Shown: positions 9,698 through 25,013 of the stretch, piece after piece
How the letters are laid out: every line of letters begins with the position of its first letter
Numbering within the stretch: position 1 is the stretch's first letter
NCBI GenBank assembly: GCA_965649765.1
Contig: OZ287756.1
Span: forward strand, 21,452,001 to 21,516,000
DNA length: 64,000 nucleotides
Source of the DNA: Bispira polyomma
Taxonomy: Eukaryota
Direction: 5' to 3'
Notes under the pieces: model-generated
Database searches by the model: none
What the model was told of the DNA's origin: nothing
The model's input: only the letters and a program-made list of their open reading frames with translations
Translations under genes and position numbers: made by a program

Positions 9698-12600
9698 AAT
9701 GAAAGGATTTGGATCTTAAAATTAAAAAGCTAATCAAATGACATGGTTCAACAATCTAGAAGGGTCAAAATTACATGGCCATTTTGTTAAGATCTAAAGG
9801 AAAATAATGGTTCTATAAAGTAGGAATGACATTGTTTTGTAATGTATTTTGATCAGTTTTGAATAATTACATTTGGGCGATAAATTTAGCAACCATGTAA
9901 TCTAGTTCATTTGAATGACTTCTGGTTGAGTGAAACGTGTATATACTTGAAGTAAAGTATTTTTGTGATTATACATGAGACATCCTCAGGAGGGTCATAA
10001 GTACATTGATATTTTGTTAGAATGTAAATAAAAATAAAATTGTGATAAAAACTATGAATACCAGTGTTTGTCATGTGTGTATTTTGTCCATTCTAAGTTG
10101 AGTTGTGCTAAACATTTGGCAACTACATAATCTAGTTCATTTAGTAGTTTGTGGCTTGTGATTGAGTAGAATGTGTATAGATATGTATGTATTGGTGAAA
10201 TGCTCTTTTTTCTGAACTTACAAAGTAGATAGAGTGTTAACATGCTAAACCATTTATGCTCAACCTGGATGCGGTGGATTTTGACTCAATGCCCAATAGG
10301 ATCTAAAATAGTATTTAATGTACATGGAATAAAGGCTGGAACAGTATACCCTATCGGTCCAAATATCAGGTTCCATACTCCAAAAGCAGTTACATGTATG
10401 TGTCTTTAATATTAAAATTGAACAATATCGTATGTTAATTAGACTCACATAATAAGCATCACATGTATATTTTCCATACAATATACATTAGCCTTCACGT
10501 TAAGCATGTAACTGATGATCAACATAAAATAAAGTATAGAGTTTTTTGCATTGACTGCCCATCTCACAATTATAATGCAAACGCAAACCTTATGGCAAGG
10601 CTAGGTTCTCTGCCCTTTAAAGTGAGAGTTCTAGTACACCATCGTCAAAGTCTTTTCTTCAAGTAAAGTTAAAAACAGTCTCTGATTGATTTGTATGAAA
10701 TGAATAATGAATAAATTCTAGTTTGACTTCTGAAACATCCAATATTGAAATAGAAAACATATGATAGAAAACATATCTACATGAAATAAAACCTTACAAA
10801 AAGTTGGCAGTGGACATGCTGAAGGCCAGTTGTCGGTGAAGCAGAAAACTTTGACTAACTACCATGCTTACGATTTGCTTGTGACAGCCTACAAACACTT
10901 TGTGGCTTGATGTGTCATTGTATCCTTCACTGGATGAGATCAGCCGTAGTCGATAATCTTAGGTATAGACATGTCATCAAGATTTAGATATGTCCCTAGA
11001 GAGAAGTACCTTTACTCCACATAATAGCAATTTATGAACGGATATATTTTGCATACAACTTCAGTTTGTGCCACAAGTAATTTCAGAATTTGTTTATCAG
11101 TATTTTATTAATTTGTGGTCCAGTCAGTCTTTAATGCAATATTAACGTTATATGTTAGGAGTGCTGGGGTCAGTTTTACAAGAGCTCCTAGACTCAGCCA
11201 GCTGGACTTAGCCCACCTTGAGGCATAACCACAATTTTGAATATCATAGACGTTTTGTTATGCATTATTTTCCAAAAAAATACCATTAAATCATTACAAT
11301 ATATACAAGAATAAATATTAATTAACTAAAGTAAATCACAAATGAATTCTGAAATACAAGTGCTCACCAAAGAAAAACAAAACTGCTAGAACTAAGAACT
11401 GTCATTTTGTATGTGTATTTATCAGATAACGGAGTCTAAATATTTGATATCATATTATATTATGAAAGTTAATTGAGTACACTTTAATACATATTTTAAT
11501 ATCAATAGCTTAAAATAATAAAAACAACTGCATTAGACATTTTCCCTGTTAAGACATTTTCCTTGCTCCATTTTCTCCTTAAATTAGTTATGTTGAAACA
11601 AATTTTGGACCCAGTAGTACCCACCCAATAGAAATGTTTATGTCTGACAATATGAATAAATGTGACTTATGTTTTATACACAACTGGCCAAGTAATAAGG
11701 GCAACTATGTGCATGTATGACTAATTACATTGTGTTCATTTAGACTGAATAGTAATCTCTGACGTTGCAAAACCTGTATGTTATTGAAAATGCTATAAAA
11801 CTTTATTTCAATACCTAATTAAAGCATTTTATCTAAACACGGAATATTGAAACAATGAATATAACTGATTATATATCAATTTGAATAAGTACCCTAAAAC
11901 AGAGGCTTTGATGCTTTGAAAGGGTTCAAATGAAAGGGTTCAAAAGTTTAATAAATAAAGGTTATAATTCATGCCTTTGTGTGTCTTAAATGCATTAATT
12001 AAGATAAGGTTCGATACTAGGTCCAATTACAGAGTGTATTTTGGAAAAATATCAAGTCCACTCTATTTTCCACTTCAACATGTCTTCGGGACAATACAAC
12101 ATGCTTACTGTGTGTGTACAGTCATTATGTATGAGGAGTTGTTCGTTGTTATCTAGTTGTTAATAAATAACTCAAGGTACACATTTACTGTATATATGTA
12201 CAAGTTTAATTAAAGTAGATCCTATATCAGTTTCAACTAATGGAATATTGTAACACTAATATTTTAATACCTATAATCCCCTGACTTAGCTTTTCAGAAG
12301 CCATAGTGTGAACTGGATCTCTAGACACGTTTTGATAATGACAACTTTGCCCTTCCACCTCATCCTATATTTATGCTCAGTCAATCTAGCTTATAGTCAG
12401 CACCATCAAATATTACTACTCACCTAGGAATAGGGGGAGGGGAAGGAACTATGAGCTTAGTGTGAACCTGAGATGAAGAAGTGAATGATTGGCACCAGAC
12501 TTCTGGTCTTGCTTTGTCTTGTGATTATCTCATAAGATCCCAGTTGGATTATGGTTGGCTTGTGTTGTTTTCTGTAGTTCTGCATGCAGATCTTACCTCG

Positions 12601-13448
12601 GGACATTACAGTCTATTTGGAACCAGAATAAGTTTGAGAGCTTTTCTCACAAGACCAGTGCGGTCTTTAGTTTGAGGCAAATGAGCCTTCATTAATTTAA
12701 GACAGGGAATTTTTTTCTTTACAGTAAACATTAAAACTCCATAATGAACAAAATAATCATGGAAATGAAGTAACCTTTAATCCTAAACATCAATACTTCT
12801 ACACTAGTAGATCGAATGCAATGTTATTTGTAGTTTTCGCATGATGAAGATTCTCATATTGTAGCTGCTTTAACATTTTCTACACCGTATGCATGGAAAT
12901 GTGAAAATTTCATAGTTGTTTAGTACAGCAAATTCCAAAAAAATATGATAATTTTTTTTGCTACTTTTTCTCTCTACATTCTGTTGTCGCCTATACACAA
13001 ACTGTGCTTTGAATTACACTTCTATAATGCTGCTCCTTATGAACCTTGATGTCATAAGCTGGTATCGCTAAAACTACACATCTTTTTATACATTCATAGA
13101 TTAAAAGTTAACATAAACAATAAACAATTATGTGCTTGAAAATGTTTCATGCGCTGAGAGCGTTGTGTACAATTTTGTGTGTTGGTTCTCAGAAACGGGC
13201 AGATAAAAACTAATTTAGTGTTAAACTCTTTATTTTAAACATATCAGGTAGGTAGGCTTACTCGTGACACTACTACGTATATGTTTCATTTAGTTACGAA
13301 ATACAGAACCCAATCTATACATTTACTGTATTTGTAGAATGTTGACAACAATATATTTTCAAACAGGTTATGGATAATAAAAATATGGCAATGTCTGTAG
13401 TTAAATCCTGTTCGATCAAATATTACTGATACAGAATCAAATACAGGG

Positions 13449-14940
13449 TCAATATTTTGTGTATTTACTTTCCTGAATATCATTTCCCTCATTGTCAATC
13501 CCTAATACAGCCATGTCCATACTGTCATTATCTATTTTATTCTCCAAGTTAGAGTTATCCTTTTGGTCATTCTTGGTAATATCCCATTCAAGCAGAAAAT
13601 AGCCCATGTAGCCCACTGTAATCGTACCATGCTGTATGTAGACTTTGATGTCGGTGCAGACAAAGTAGTTATAACCATATAATACTGTGGCTATAAGACA
13701 CCAGAAGAAATTATAACACCCACAAGAACCTTGTTCATTGCCTGGGTAGGCTATGCCATGTAGAGCTGTCATAATCGGCTCAAAGATACCACTGTGCAAT
13801 GCCATGCCAGATATCAACAGAAAGTACACCCAAGTGTCATATTTATTCACTGGCCATAAAGCAATACTTGTCATTGTCACTATGGCTATGGTTAAGGAGA
13901 ATGCCATCAGCGGGGCTCTTCCGGTATACCTTGCCAGCAAGCCTGTTGTGAAACCTAATACTGAGCATATGATACCACAGACCATGAAGAGCAGTCCTAC
14001 CATCCAGATACCTAAGCCACATGTTATCCAAGATCTGCTAAAGTCTGCATAGAGGAACACTGAATATGAAGAGGAGTACACATTCATCATGATCAGGAAC
14101 CAAATCCTTTGTGTCTTTACCAGTTTGATGACAGATAGGAGCAGTCCACATAGTTCTTGTAAAATTGGACCACTCTCCTGTTGAAGGTACTTTGGTATTG
14201 GATCAAGAAAAAGTAAACCAATAACAATAGACATGACACTGAATACTGCATACACGGCTAACAATGTCCAAACTACTTTTTCTGGTGGATCTTCAAAAGC
14301 AGTGATGTTAATCTCAACCCATGGGCAGTCATTCATCCCGCAATATTTCTCTATGTCTTCATCTGATGGCTCAGTGTGGTTCTCCGAAGAGACTGTGCTA
14401 TGGACTGTGTTTAATATAATGTCTCCAAATACATACCCTGACATAAGGAAGGTAGAAAATAACCCAAAGAATAAGGTAGCTACTTTGTCTACCAATTGAT
14501 TGGTTTACTTTGCATATTCTTTTGCCATTTCCATGGTATATGAACAATGTGCAATCCAGACTGGTGCTCCAAAAAGATCAACTAAGATGGAAGATGGAAT
14601 CATTAGTGCCCAGATACCAATTCCAATAGCTGCCAGCCACAGTAAGGAGGGTGTCAATGATATAATGATAGTCCATTTATAGCCACAAATCCAGATCATC
14701 AGTGGGGCAAAGAACAAAACTAGGCAGGGCAAATGTACCATAAATAACGCTTGTGCTAATTGTACCAACCCCATCCTCAGCATGTAGACTGGATTGAAGA
14801 GTAAGTATCCCATTATAGCCTATATTTGTTAGAAAAAAAAGTGTATCTAGCACTAAAATGTTTTTGATTATGTTTCCCTTTGTAATCTCGTGATTTAAGT
14901 TTTCACCTTGTGGTGAGAAAGAATTTTCTTTAAAACCCAT
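13449..14940 (-). pseudogene. UNC93-like gene, intronless CDS, with a +1 frameshift (about 14717-14720) and TAA at 14505-14507
   Basis: KNILVL...LQSSLHAEDGVG N-terminal UNC93 motif. Three ORFs join into a protein of about 495 aa. Acceptor tatacag|G directly precedes the ATG. Confidence 0.85.
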
Positions 14941-16945
14941 CCTGTATAAGAAACGTTTGCAAAAAATAGTAGATTATGGAAATGTTGGACCCCTAGCTAC
15001 AATGCAATGACACTCTCATTCACTTAAAAGAAAACAACGTCTTCTCAACATAATACACCTTTTGACCCGTTCAAGTAGTTCAGGATAAAGTATTTTTGAT
15101 AGACTTGTGAATAAGGTTATACAATTATATACATAAATTCATCTCATATTGAATGATTGAATAACTGTATTTATTAAAATAAAGCATATAATTTAATACA
15201 TCATACCTAGATCCTTAAACTACTGCTAATCCTTTCCATAAACATATTTACGAAATAAGATAAAGGAATGCTGAAAATATTTCTTTACTTTTATTTATTT
15301 TTTTTTCTCTAAATAATTATTTTAAGCTCTATCTATTGTCACAGTCATGTTAGAAATCTACCAAACTCCCAAAGGTACAAACTCAGTAAAAAAAATTACA
15401 AGCTCAACCTTCTATATTATTTTATAGATATACAAACAGATGTGTATTACTATAGTTAATATAAAAATCAGGACACCATAAACACTTTTATTAGCTATCT
15501 TTTTTTATTAAAAATGTACATATTACCGCTATTGAATTCTAGAAAAGACCCATCAAATTAATAAACTTATGAATTTTTACCAAAAAGGAAAGTGTTTACG
15601 TGTCAAGAAAGAGCTAAATGCACAGTGTGTGGTGACAATGGGTCATTTCTGCGGACAGCATTACTGTGATCATCATTACCCTTATTTTTCTCAAACACTT
15701 ACCTTCCCCATAAGTGGCAAAAATGTATCAATGATTGAATTAGGGTTTGTCTTGTGACTGGTCACTCTGGTCAGTATGCATAGCACGACCACACTCGGTC
15801 AGAAAAAGTCAGTTTTTTTACAAAACAAGCTGCTGCTACAAAATATGTTAAAATCTGATACAGCATAAGTCAGGTAATACAAAACAAGCGGTTGATACAA
15901 AATAATGCAGAGCATGGCCATGACTTACAAGAGTTCCTGAAGTCATTTTACCCTAACAATTTACATTGATAATTCTGAAACATCTGGGTTCTCAGATTAA
16001 GTGGAGAGACTCCACCAATGTTTTCACAACTTTGCGACGAACAACAAATTGAAAAAACAAAGATTGATGGCTCCTAATGACAATTAATGACACTAATTTG
16101 GCTCTGGTGGAATGGTCTTTGTCTTGTTCTTTTGGTGGGAGATGTTACAGTTATTGTGTATAATGCATCAAATAGTAGTTCTGAAATGATTTGGTACAAC
16201 CCTCAGCAATGGTTAAATTTTAAATTTACTTGAAGATTTGCAAAATATAGTTTAATGAATTGCACTCCAAATCCTATAAATAGACTCCATAAAAAGAATC
16301 AGAAGCTATATTACCATGGTGATTGGTCTTACCATTTTATATATTGGTAATGATTGTGGATGTTCATAGATATAGCACTTTAAACCAAGCAGGATTTATG
16401 GAACATCTTACAGACAATGCATGCTTCAACTGTGCCTTAGTTCCACAGACTCCTCCTACATACATCATGCCAGACCAAAAATATGATCGTAGGGCAATTG
16501 AGATGTATATGTCATGCAATTATTTTATTATGTATTATACTTGAACTAGTAGTTATACTTAATTAAATTCCATGGTAATATATATTAGTTAACGAGAGCC
16601 AATTAATGCTAGATATCTTCAAGTGCAACAGCTTTAAGCGTTAGGCATATAGCAAAGCCCTGATTCAAATCATAGTAATGATCAAGGTAGTGGATAGCAT
16701 TGAGGAAAATAGCTTCAGAGGATATGGAGATGGGAGTGATCTGTGAGATGGGAGTGATCTGTTTATTGTTAATTGGCATAATGCATCAAATAGTATCCCT
16801 CCATCCCCCCCGACACTTGGACAAACTGTATATAAAAAGTATAAAAAGTGTACAATCTTTTTTATAAATTAAAAGTTTCAATATTTCACGCTCGGATAGT
16901 CTATAAAAGTTGACATATTAAACTTAAAAATTCATGTATGCATAT

Positions 16946-19900
16946 CTATGTGGTGACTATATCCCAATTTATATCTTGTAAAATTTGTTTCACTTCGTGG
17001 TCAGTTCCCTCAAATGATCCAGTAAGTATAACATTATATATTTCGAATTTTCTCTTGATAATATGTCTAAATTCTAGAAAAGCTATATCTTTTTTATTTG
17101 TCCTGCAGTGATTTATGTACCACTTACCATAAACTATGACAAAATTTACTATGACATTATCTGGTATTACTTTCCCTGTCAATCCAATGCCAAACAACAC
17201 TTCACAAATCGACAGTTTAATCCTAAGTTTTAAATTTAAGGCCTCTGTTAACAAACTTTCAACCAGCTCCCAAAATTGTTTGCTGTATGCACACAAGTAA
17301 ATATGATGCTCTAATGTGTCGATACAGGCACAAAAATTACAAAACGGGTTTTCTCTAATATTCCATTTATACAGATTATAGTTACAGTTTAAGGTTCTAT
17401 TAACGATCTTATACTGGAATGTTTGTAAATAGGTTTCCTTTATAGTATAATGTATTGCATTAAAAATACATTTCCAGGGAGCGACTTCTAAAGAAGGGAA
17501 TAAATCTATCCATGTGTCAATAGAAGTAGGTTCTTTTAATTTTCTACTAACTACTTTCCAGTATAGGGCTTTATTGCTCACTTTGCTAAAGCTCATCATT
17601 TTCCCTTTTATCCTTATACAAATATTGTGATACTGCTGCATACCCAGAGTAATTGTCTTTAACCTTTGTTTCCATGATTTTGGTATAGCGCTACACAAAA
17701 TATTATAATTGTATAAACTAATATTCCAGTTGAGTTGACTTTTTAGGTTTTGAAATTTTAGAAGATGTCCCTTATCATCTACAATATCTTTTATTGTTAT
17801 ATTCTTTGTATTGCTCTTTAATAATTTAAAAAGCTTCTTTTCTAGGGGTTTGCTGTCTGAACATATGAATTTGTTGTCAAAAATGTATTCATTAAATATT
17901 TCCTCCAATGTCTCTGGAGGTCTGCTGTTAATTACATGCCAGCATTCCAATACCTGTTTGTGAAAAACATTGCGGCCTTTATCACAGTAAGACAATGGTA
18001 ATTTATGTTTAATTAAATCTCTATCAATATTTAACTTATACCATGTTAATGACGCCCATTTGGGCATTTGAGTATCATTTGAAATTAATCTTTTAATCCA
18101 TTTTATTTTAGCACAAATATGAATACTAAAGATATCAGGCATTCGCAGCCCTCCTGAGCTGAAGTTAGATAAAATAGTTTCTTTCTTTATCTTAGCAGGT
18201 TTTTTGTCCCATAAAAAATTGAATAACATTTTATCTATTTTCTCTAGTAAATTACTTGGACAGTAGCACATTGACAAGATGTCACTAATCTGAGGTATTA
18301 CCAGAGTTTTTATAATCATCACCTTCAGATCTTTTCCATAGATTTCAATCTACTGTCAAAATTTAGTCTGGTCATTTCCACTTGGTCAAAGGAGAACCAT
18401 ACTCCTAATGTTTTAAAAGCTTCATGACTGGCATGAATCTTGCCAAGTTCTTTTGGGAGTTTTAACGGTTTTAATTTACATTTCCCTATAGGTACTACTG
18501 TTGTTTTTTCTAAATTTATTTTTAGACCAGAACATTTTTAAAAATTGTTCAATGATGAAACTGATTCTACTAGTGAAGTAATATTACTTAGAAATAAAGT
18601 TGTATCATCTGCCAGTTGGCATATTTTGTATTCCTCTTTACCCACGTTAATTCCACTGATTGCCTTATTATTTCGAATGTATATAGCCAAAATCTCTGCT
18701 ACTAAAAGGAAAAGTAGTGCTGAGATAGGACACCCTTGTCGTATTCCCCTAGTGATATTGAAATATTGTGAGAAGTAGCCATTATTGCAAACACAAGACT
18801 GGATATTCTTGTAAAGTATATTTGTCCACTTTAAGCATTTAGAAAGGAAAGACCATTCTACACTATCAAATGCTTTTTAAAAATCAACAAGTACTAAATA
18901 GCCCGGTAAGTTGCTTGTATCAGTGTAAGATATGATATCTTCTATAATTCTAACATTTTGTCCAATGTATCTATCTTTCAGATATCCAACTTGATCATTA
19001 TTAATCAATTTGGGCAGAACTTTTTGAAGTCTGTTAGATAGTGCCTTTGTTAATATTTTGTAATCTGTATTCAAAATACTAACAGGCCTCCAGTTACGTA
19101 GGTACCTTAAATCTTTACCTTCTTTTGGAATAAGTTTGAGAATACCTCTTCTTTGATCATCTGTCAGTGTGCCACTTTCAAGAGAGTAATTGAAGCTATT
19201 AAACAATATATCTTTAATATCAGGCCAAAAAAACTTACATAAATTAGTTGTGAACCCATCATTGCCAGGTGTTTTGTCATTAGATAATTGCTTTAATGCT
19301 GTTGAAATTTCTTCCATCATTAATACTTCATCACAAAATTGTTTCTCTAAATTATCCAATTTTGGGATATTTTGGTCAGTAAGAATGATTTTTTCAGTAT
19401 CATCTGTCTCCCTAATCTTTGACGAATAAAGATTTCGTAAAAAAGCTTCTGTTCCATCAAAATAACATCTGGCTCTGTAATTTCATCGCCATTAGATTTT
19501 ATTAGTTTCTTTATATATTTAATGTTATAATTTCTTTTTTCTAAATTGATGAAATATTTTGTATTCTTTTCCACCTCTTCTACCCACTGAGCTTTTGATC
19601 TGAGAATAATACTGTCTGTCTTTATTTTTTCTAATTTTTCCCACCTTGATTTGGTTTCATAATATTCATTCAATTTATCTGGGTTTTTATTTATCTCTTT
19701 TTCTAATGTTTCTAATTTTCCTAAAATTTCCTTTTCATTCTCCCTTGTTTGCCTTGACTTTTGTTTTGCAAATATAATTGTTTTCGTTCGTAATTGGCAT
19801 TTCACAAAGTCGCATAAAATATTTTTATTTTCCATTACTACATCTGTTTTAATAGCCTCAACCTCTCTCTTGATCATGTCAATGTAATCCTTTTCTTGGA

Positions 19901-20722
19901 GTAATTTATTATTAAATTTCCAATAACTAGGACCTCTCTGATGTGTATCTAATATTTGGATTTTCAGTTTAATCACGCTATGATCAGATCTATTACCTGG
20001 TTTTATAGTACATTCTATGACCTGATACGTAACATATTCTGATATCAACCAGAAGTCTTATCTAGACTGTATAAGTCCACCTCTTGACCTTTCTCGTCTT
20101 GTAAATTGTAACTCATTTGGGTGTCAAAATCTCCATATGTCCACTAAGTTTAATTCCTCCATTAAACTTTGTAACTGTTTTGTATATCGAGAAGTCACAC
20201 AACTCACCCCTCCCTTTTTGTCTAAAACACAGTTAATTTGAGTGTTAAAGTCCCCCCCTAATATTAGGTTGCCTGAACTATAACCTTGTAATAATTCTCT
20301 TATATTTGACAAAAATTTGATTTGGAGATCTATGTGGTCCTTTGTTGAGGCATAAATATTTATCAGTACCATGGATATATCTTCAATTTTACAGTTAATA
20401 AGAAGCATTCTACCTTTATCATCTTTAACTACTGTAATTATTTTAAAACTGAATCTTAAATTCTCAGGAATTAATATGGCCACCCCTCTACTCCGAGATG
20501 TTCCATTGGAAAAAAAATTTCCCCTTTCCATTCTTTCCCCCAATTTATCTCCTCTGCAGCTGTGCAGTGTGTTTCTTGTAGAAAAGTAATACCAGCATGT
20601 ACCTTTTTCAACCACTGAAATATATTTTGACGTTTTTTAAATTCTCTCAGTCCCCTACAGTTGAAGGAATTGACCACTAATTCATCAGTTTTAATTGGTA
20701 TTTTGTATTCTTGATCTTGCAT
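16946..20722 (-). mobile_element. L1/Tx1-clade LINE ORF2 (endonuclease + RT + C-terminal Cys region), degraded
   Basis: FNCRGL, FLQETH, GGDFN, SDHS, KTPGNDG, NWRPVS, ADDTT, GGLRMPD, CNFC..IDTLEH motifs across frameshifted ORFs. Confidence 0.92.
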
Positions 20723-21913
20723 CTTGATAAACTTTTTTTATCCTACAATTCCCATATGGAAAAATTTTGATATAATAATAATGTAAATTTACATGTCTTG
20801 TAAATCACTTTAGTTATAACTGTGACCACATCAACATACATACATGACCATTTCAGTATCAAATATTGTACACCTGAATAAATAAACCATAATATGCATT
20901 TTATACATAACCATTTTAGTATTGAATGTTGTCCACATAAAACAAAAAACATGAAAATAACAAATATTACATAAAACAAGTATTCTATACACTCTGTGCA
21001 TTCTATACATTCTGTCAGCATTAGCTAACATGACAAGGAAAATGCAGTGTATCATGTTTTTAGAGTACATCAGTTAGTACAGACATTAAACACAGTACAT
21101 GTATAAATACTGTACCTGTATCCAAATATTATTGAACTATTTGCTATTTGAACTTTTCTTTTAACTACTACTATTAATTAAACTAATTTTAACTGTCCCA
21201 TAAGATAAACTATAGCATATGTTGCATTAAAAAAAATAGATAACCCACAATATTTGCCCTATTGAACTTTAATAATAACTAGAAGCTAACTCTAACTAAA
21301 ATAATTTTAACTCTCCCATAAGATCAACTATAGTATATGTTGCACTAAAAAAAATAGATAATATTACGTATATAAAAATTTTAATAATAATTAGAAGCAA
21401 TCAACATATAAGTATAGGTACAATTTGTACATAAGCTGCAGTAAGTGTGCAATTTCAACATTTCAACATGCAACATTGTTTTCTGACTATAAATTCATAG
21501 TGTTTTAAATATTAGCCTCAATATTAGCCTGAATTTGTCCACTATAAGTATCAAGCACTCTTTACATTATACTTGAGAATAGTTACCACAATTACTCTGT
21601 GGTTGTTCACTTTTATAGACTTATTAATACAAAAAAATAAAATTACGTACATGTGTACTTTATGGTACTTATAACAATTTTGTTAATTACATTAAGCATT
21701 TCAACTTTAAAAAAAATACTTAAAACTGTTGACTAAGTTTAATAATTTTAATAGTAACACTGACGTGACAGTAGGCTGTAGCCGGATGACGAAAGCCGAC
21801 AAAAATTTTATTTAAACGGCTTTGAGTCAAGAGATAAATATTCGAGCAGCACAAATGACAAGGTAGAAATTGACCTCTGGTCGGAAAGGGCGCTAGTTAT
21901 GGTAGTAAAGGTT

Positions 21914-22201
21914 TGATGGATATTTAGCGATGGATTAGAAATGTAGCCAACAATTGCCAAGTGGAGTTCATGTCGGTGTATGATAGAGATGAAAGAAACA
22001 GTGAGTTCTGAGATGAGGGATTAATGGATGATGGAATAGATCTGACAAAAGAGCGCCTGATGGATATTTAGCGATGGATTAGAAATGTAGCCAACAATTG
22101 CCAAGTGGAGTTCATGTCGGTGTATGATAGAGATGAAAGAAAAAGTGAGTTCCGAGATGAGGGATTAATGGATGATGGAATAGATCTGACAAGAGAGCGC
22201 C
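21914..22201 (+). repeat. Two-copy 144-bp tandem duplication
   Basis: Near-identical units start at 21914 and 22058. Confidence 0.9.
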
Positions 22202-25013
22202 TAACTCGGATCTGAAAATCAATAGAGTTGAAAGGAGCACAGGTAAGGGTGGATAGAATGGTTATATGGCCACATATGTGTTGGGTATGTGGAGCATATA
22301 AAAGGAATTGTCAGGAAATCGGACATAGGGAGATGGAAGTATGTGATAGGTGTGGGAGAGAAGGCATCATAGAGACGTATGTTGGCATCTGTATTAAAGG
22401 TGCAAAGGTTGTGGACGGAGGGGGCATAGTGGGGGAGGAACAATAAAGGGATGTGTAAATGGTTCTGACAAGGCAGTAATAAGGGAAATAATGTAATCGA
22501 GAAGAGAAATTTAATGGACAAAGGAATAACAAAAGTGCAGAAGACTCAAACAATATCAGTTTCAAAATCAGTTTCTGATAGATATAGAAAAAGCAGGAAG
22601 CGGAAAAATAAAGAAAATCTAGGATCGGTTGTTAAAACACCAAGTAAGGATAGAAATAATTTACATATCGCATATGCTAATGTTCAAGGGAAGTTGGAAT
22701 CAGATACGGTGACAACAACATTACAAATTCAGGCCAGTTAAGGGCACGAGTTAAGGGATGAACATAAGGTCTTGACTATTCCGGGATATTCAAAATTTAA
22801 AACGGGGAGGAAGGCAGGGGATTCTAAAGGAGGAGGGATTGCCATATGGGTAAAAGATAGGATCAGTATGTATAAAGTAGAGGGAGGGGCAGTTGAACCA
22901 GAGGAAAATTACAGCAATAAAAGATTATGGGTTAAAGTGATACTGGATAAATGTGTAGTCATGGCTTTAGGGATAGTGTATACACGACCTGACTCTCAAA
23001 AGAGTAGACAGGAAAATAGAGAATGAGCAAACACATTGATATATGAGATGAAAAAATTTCAACAGAAAGGGGAAAATGTTGTAATTATAGGAGATTTTAA
23101 TGGACATATTATGAGGAGCAGTGAGGGGCAAGATATTCGAAAAGAAATGTCAATGGAAAAATTTTATTGGGCATTGTTGAGGGTGACAATCTGTTGATTG
23201 TCAATGAGTCCAGGAAATGTAAGGGTAAATGAACATGGATGAGTAGGGCCAACCAAACGGTTATTGATTATGTGTTAATGGATGAATATATATATGCAAA
23301 ATTGATAAACATGAAAATAGATGAGGAAGGTGAAAATTTGGAGACAGGGTCAGATCATAGTTTAATTAAAATTAAGATTGAAGTAGGACAGAAAATAATA
23401 CAAAAAATGGAAACAAGGAAGCGTTGGATTATTAATGACAACACTAATTGGAATAAATTCAGGGAAGTTTTAAATAAAAAATTGAGAAAGTGGAATGAAA
23501 ATTGTAACCAAGTGGTCAATAAAGCGGATTGTTATGAAATGATTTATGACAAGCTGAGACTTGCAATTACAGATACAACATTAGAAACTGTAGGATATAT
23601 TACAACGTCAGCAAGGGATCTAAAGAAGATCAATGTGTCAAGGGAAAATTTAGTGGGTTACAGAAGCACAGGAATAAAACAGCAACACAATGGCGTCACG
23701 CAAACAGAGTGAATACACCAAATACTATGGCAAAATGGATGAAGTACCTGCGACTCAGTAAAAAGGTTAACGACCACGTAAAAAAATAGCTGAAAGGGAT
23801 CACAAGAAGAAAGTGAGAGATGTGTTGGAAGGGAATAAGGGAAATATATCCAAAATGTGGCAACACCTTAGATTTAAAGATGCTTCCACAGAAATTAATC
23901 TGATATTAGATCAGGACAGTGTTATTATTCATCCTATCAAAATAAAAAGGGTTATAGAACGGTATATGACGAAATTAGGGAGGGATGCAGAGCCACAAAA
24001 TGGACAATTAAAACACACAAATATTAATGCTCGCTCCAACAAAGCAAGTGTACAAAGGGATAAGATCTTTGGGAATATATCCCGAAAAGATCTAGAATTA
24101 GCGTTACGACAACTAAAAAGGAAAAAGGCAATAGGGCTAGATGGGATACCAAATGAGTTTCTGATAGAAGGAAGCGGAACATTGAATGAATGCTTAGGAT
24201 AGATGTTTAATTTGTTGTGTACAGAAAGAGAGACACCACAGGTATGGAGTGAAGAAATGGTCAAAATATTACATAAAAGGGGAAGGAAAACAAATCTGGG
24301 CTACAATCGAAGCATAGCAATAACGAATAACATAGGGAAAGTTTTTACAAGGATAATTGGCAGACGTTTGAGAAGTTTCACAGAAGAAAATAATTGGCTA
24401 TGTGAGGAACAAAATTACTTTAGGAAGGGTAGAAGTATAATGGATAACTTATTTGTTTTAACATCCGTAATGGAAATGGCAAAGAGACAGGGTCGGGAGC
24501 TGCATTTGGGATTTATAGATTTAAGGAAAGCATATGATAGAGTAGATCGGAACAAGTTGTGGAAAACACTCCAAAATTTAGGATTACATGTGGACGTAAT
24601 AGGTATGCTACCACAATTTTATACAGTCAAACAAGGATGTGTGTTGTCAACCCCAACTTTTTTCCCTGTTTAATAATGATATTTTGACTGGGGTGAAGGA
24701 TGGAGGGGTGGACTTTGGGTAAAGATGTAATACCAGGTTTACTTTTTGCAGATGATTTAGTCGTAATGGCGGAAACTAAAGAACAGTTAGCAAAACAGCT
24801 GGAAGGTCTGGTTGAATAGGTCACTGTGAAAGGCTCGGAAATTAATGTAGATAAAAGTAAAGTAATGGTAGTAGGGAATAAAAGGACAAAAGCATCAAAC
24901 GAATGGATGTTTAAAATCAGAATAAGACAAATCTTGAAATAACTCAATCATATGTATATCTCGGGATGAATTTAGGATGCAACATAGTTTTCGCAATACA
25001 TAAAATGAAAGCA

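Noticed and set aside
10052-12675. Short ORFs of 60-75 aa here, and similar short or antisense ORFs across the window
   Set aside because: No motifs or splice support; consistent with chance ORFs in AT-rich DNA or shadows of real ORFs.
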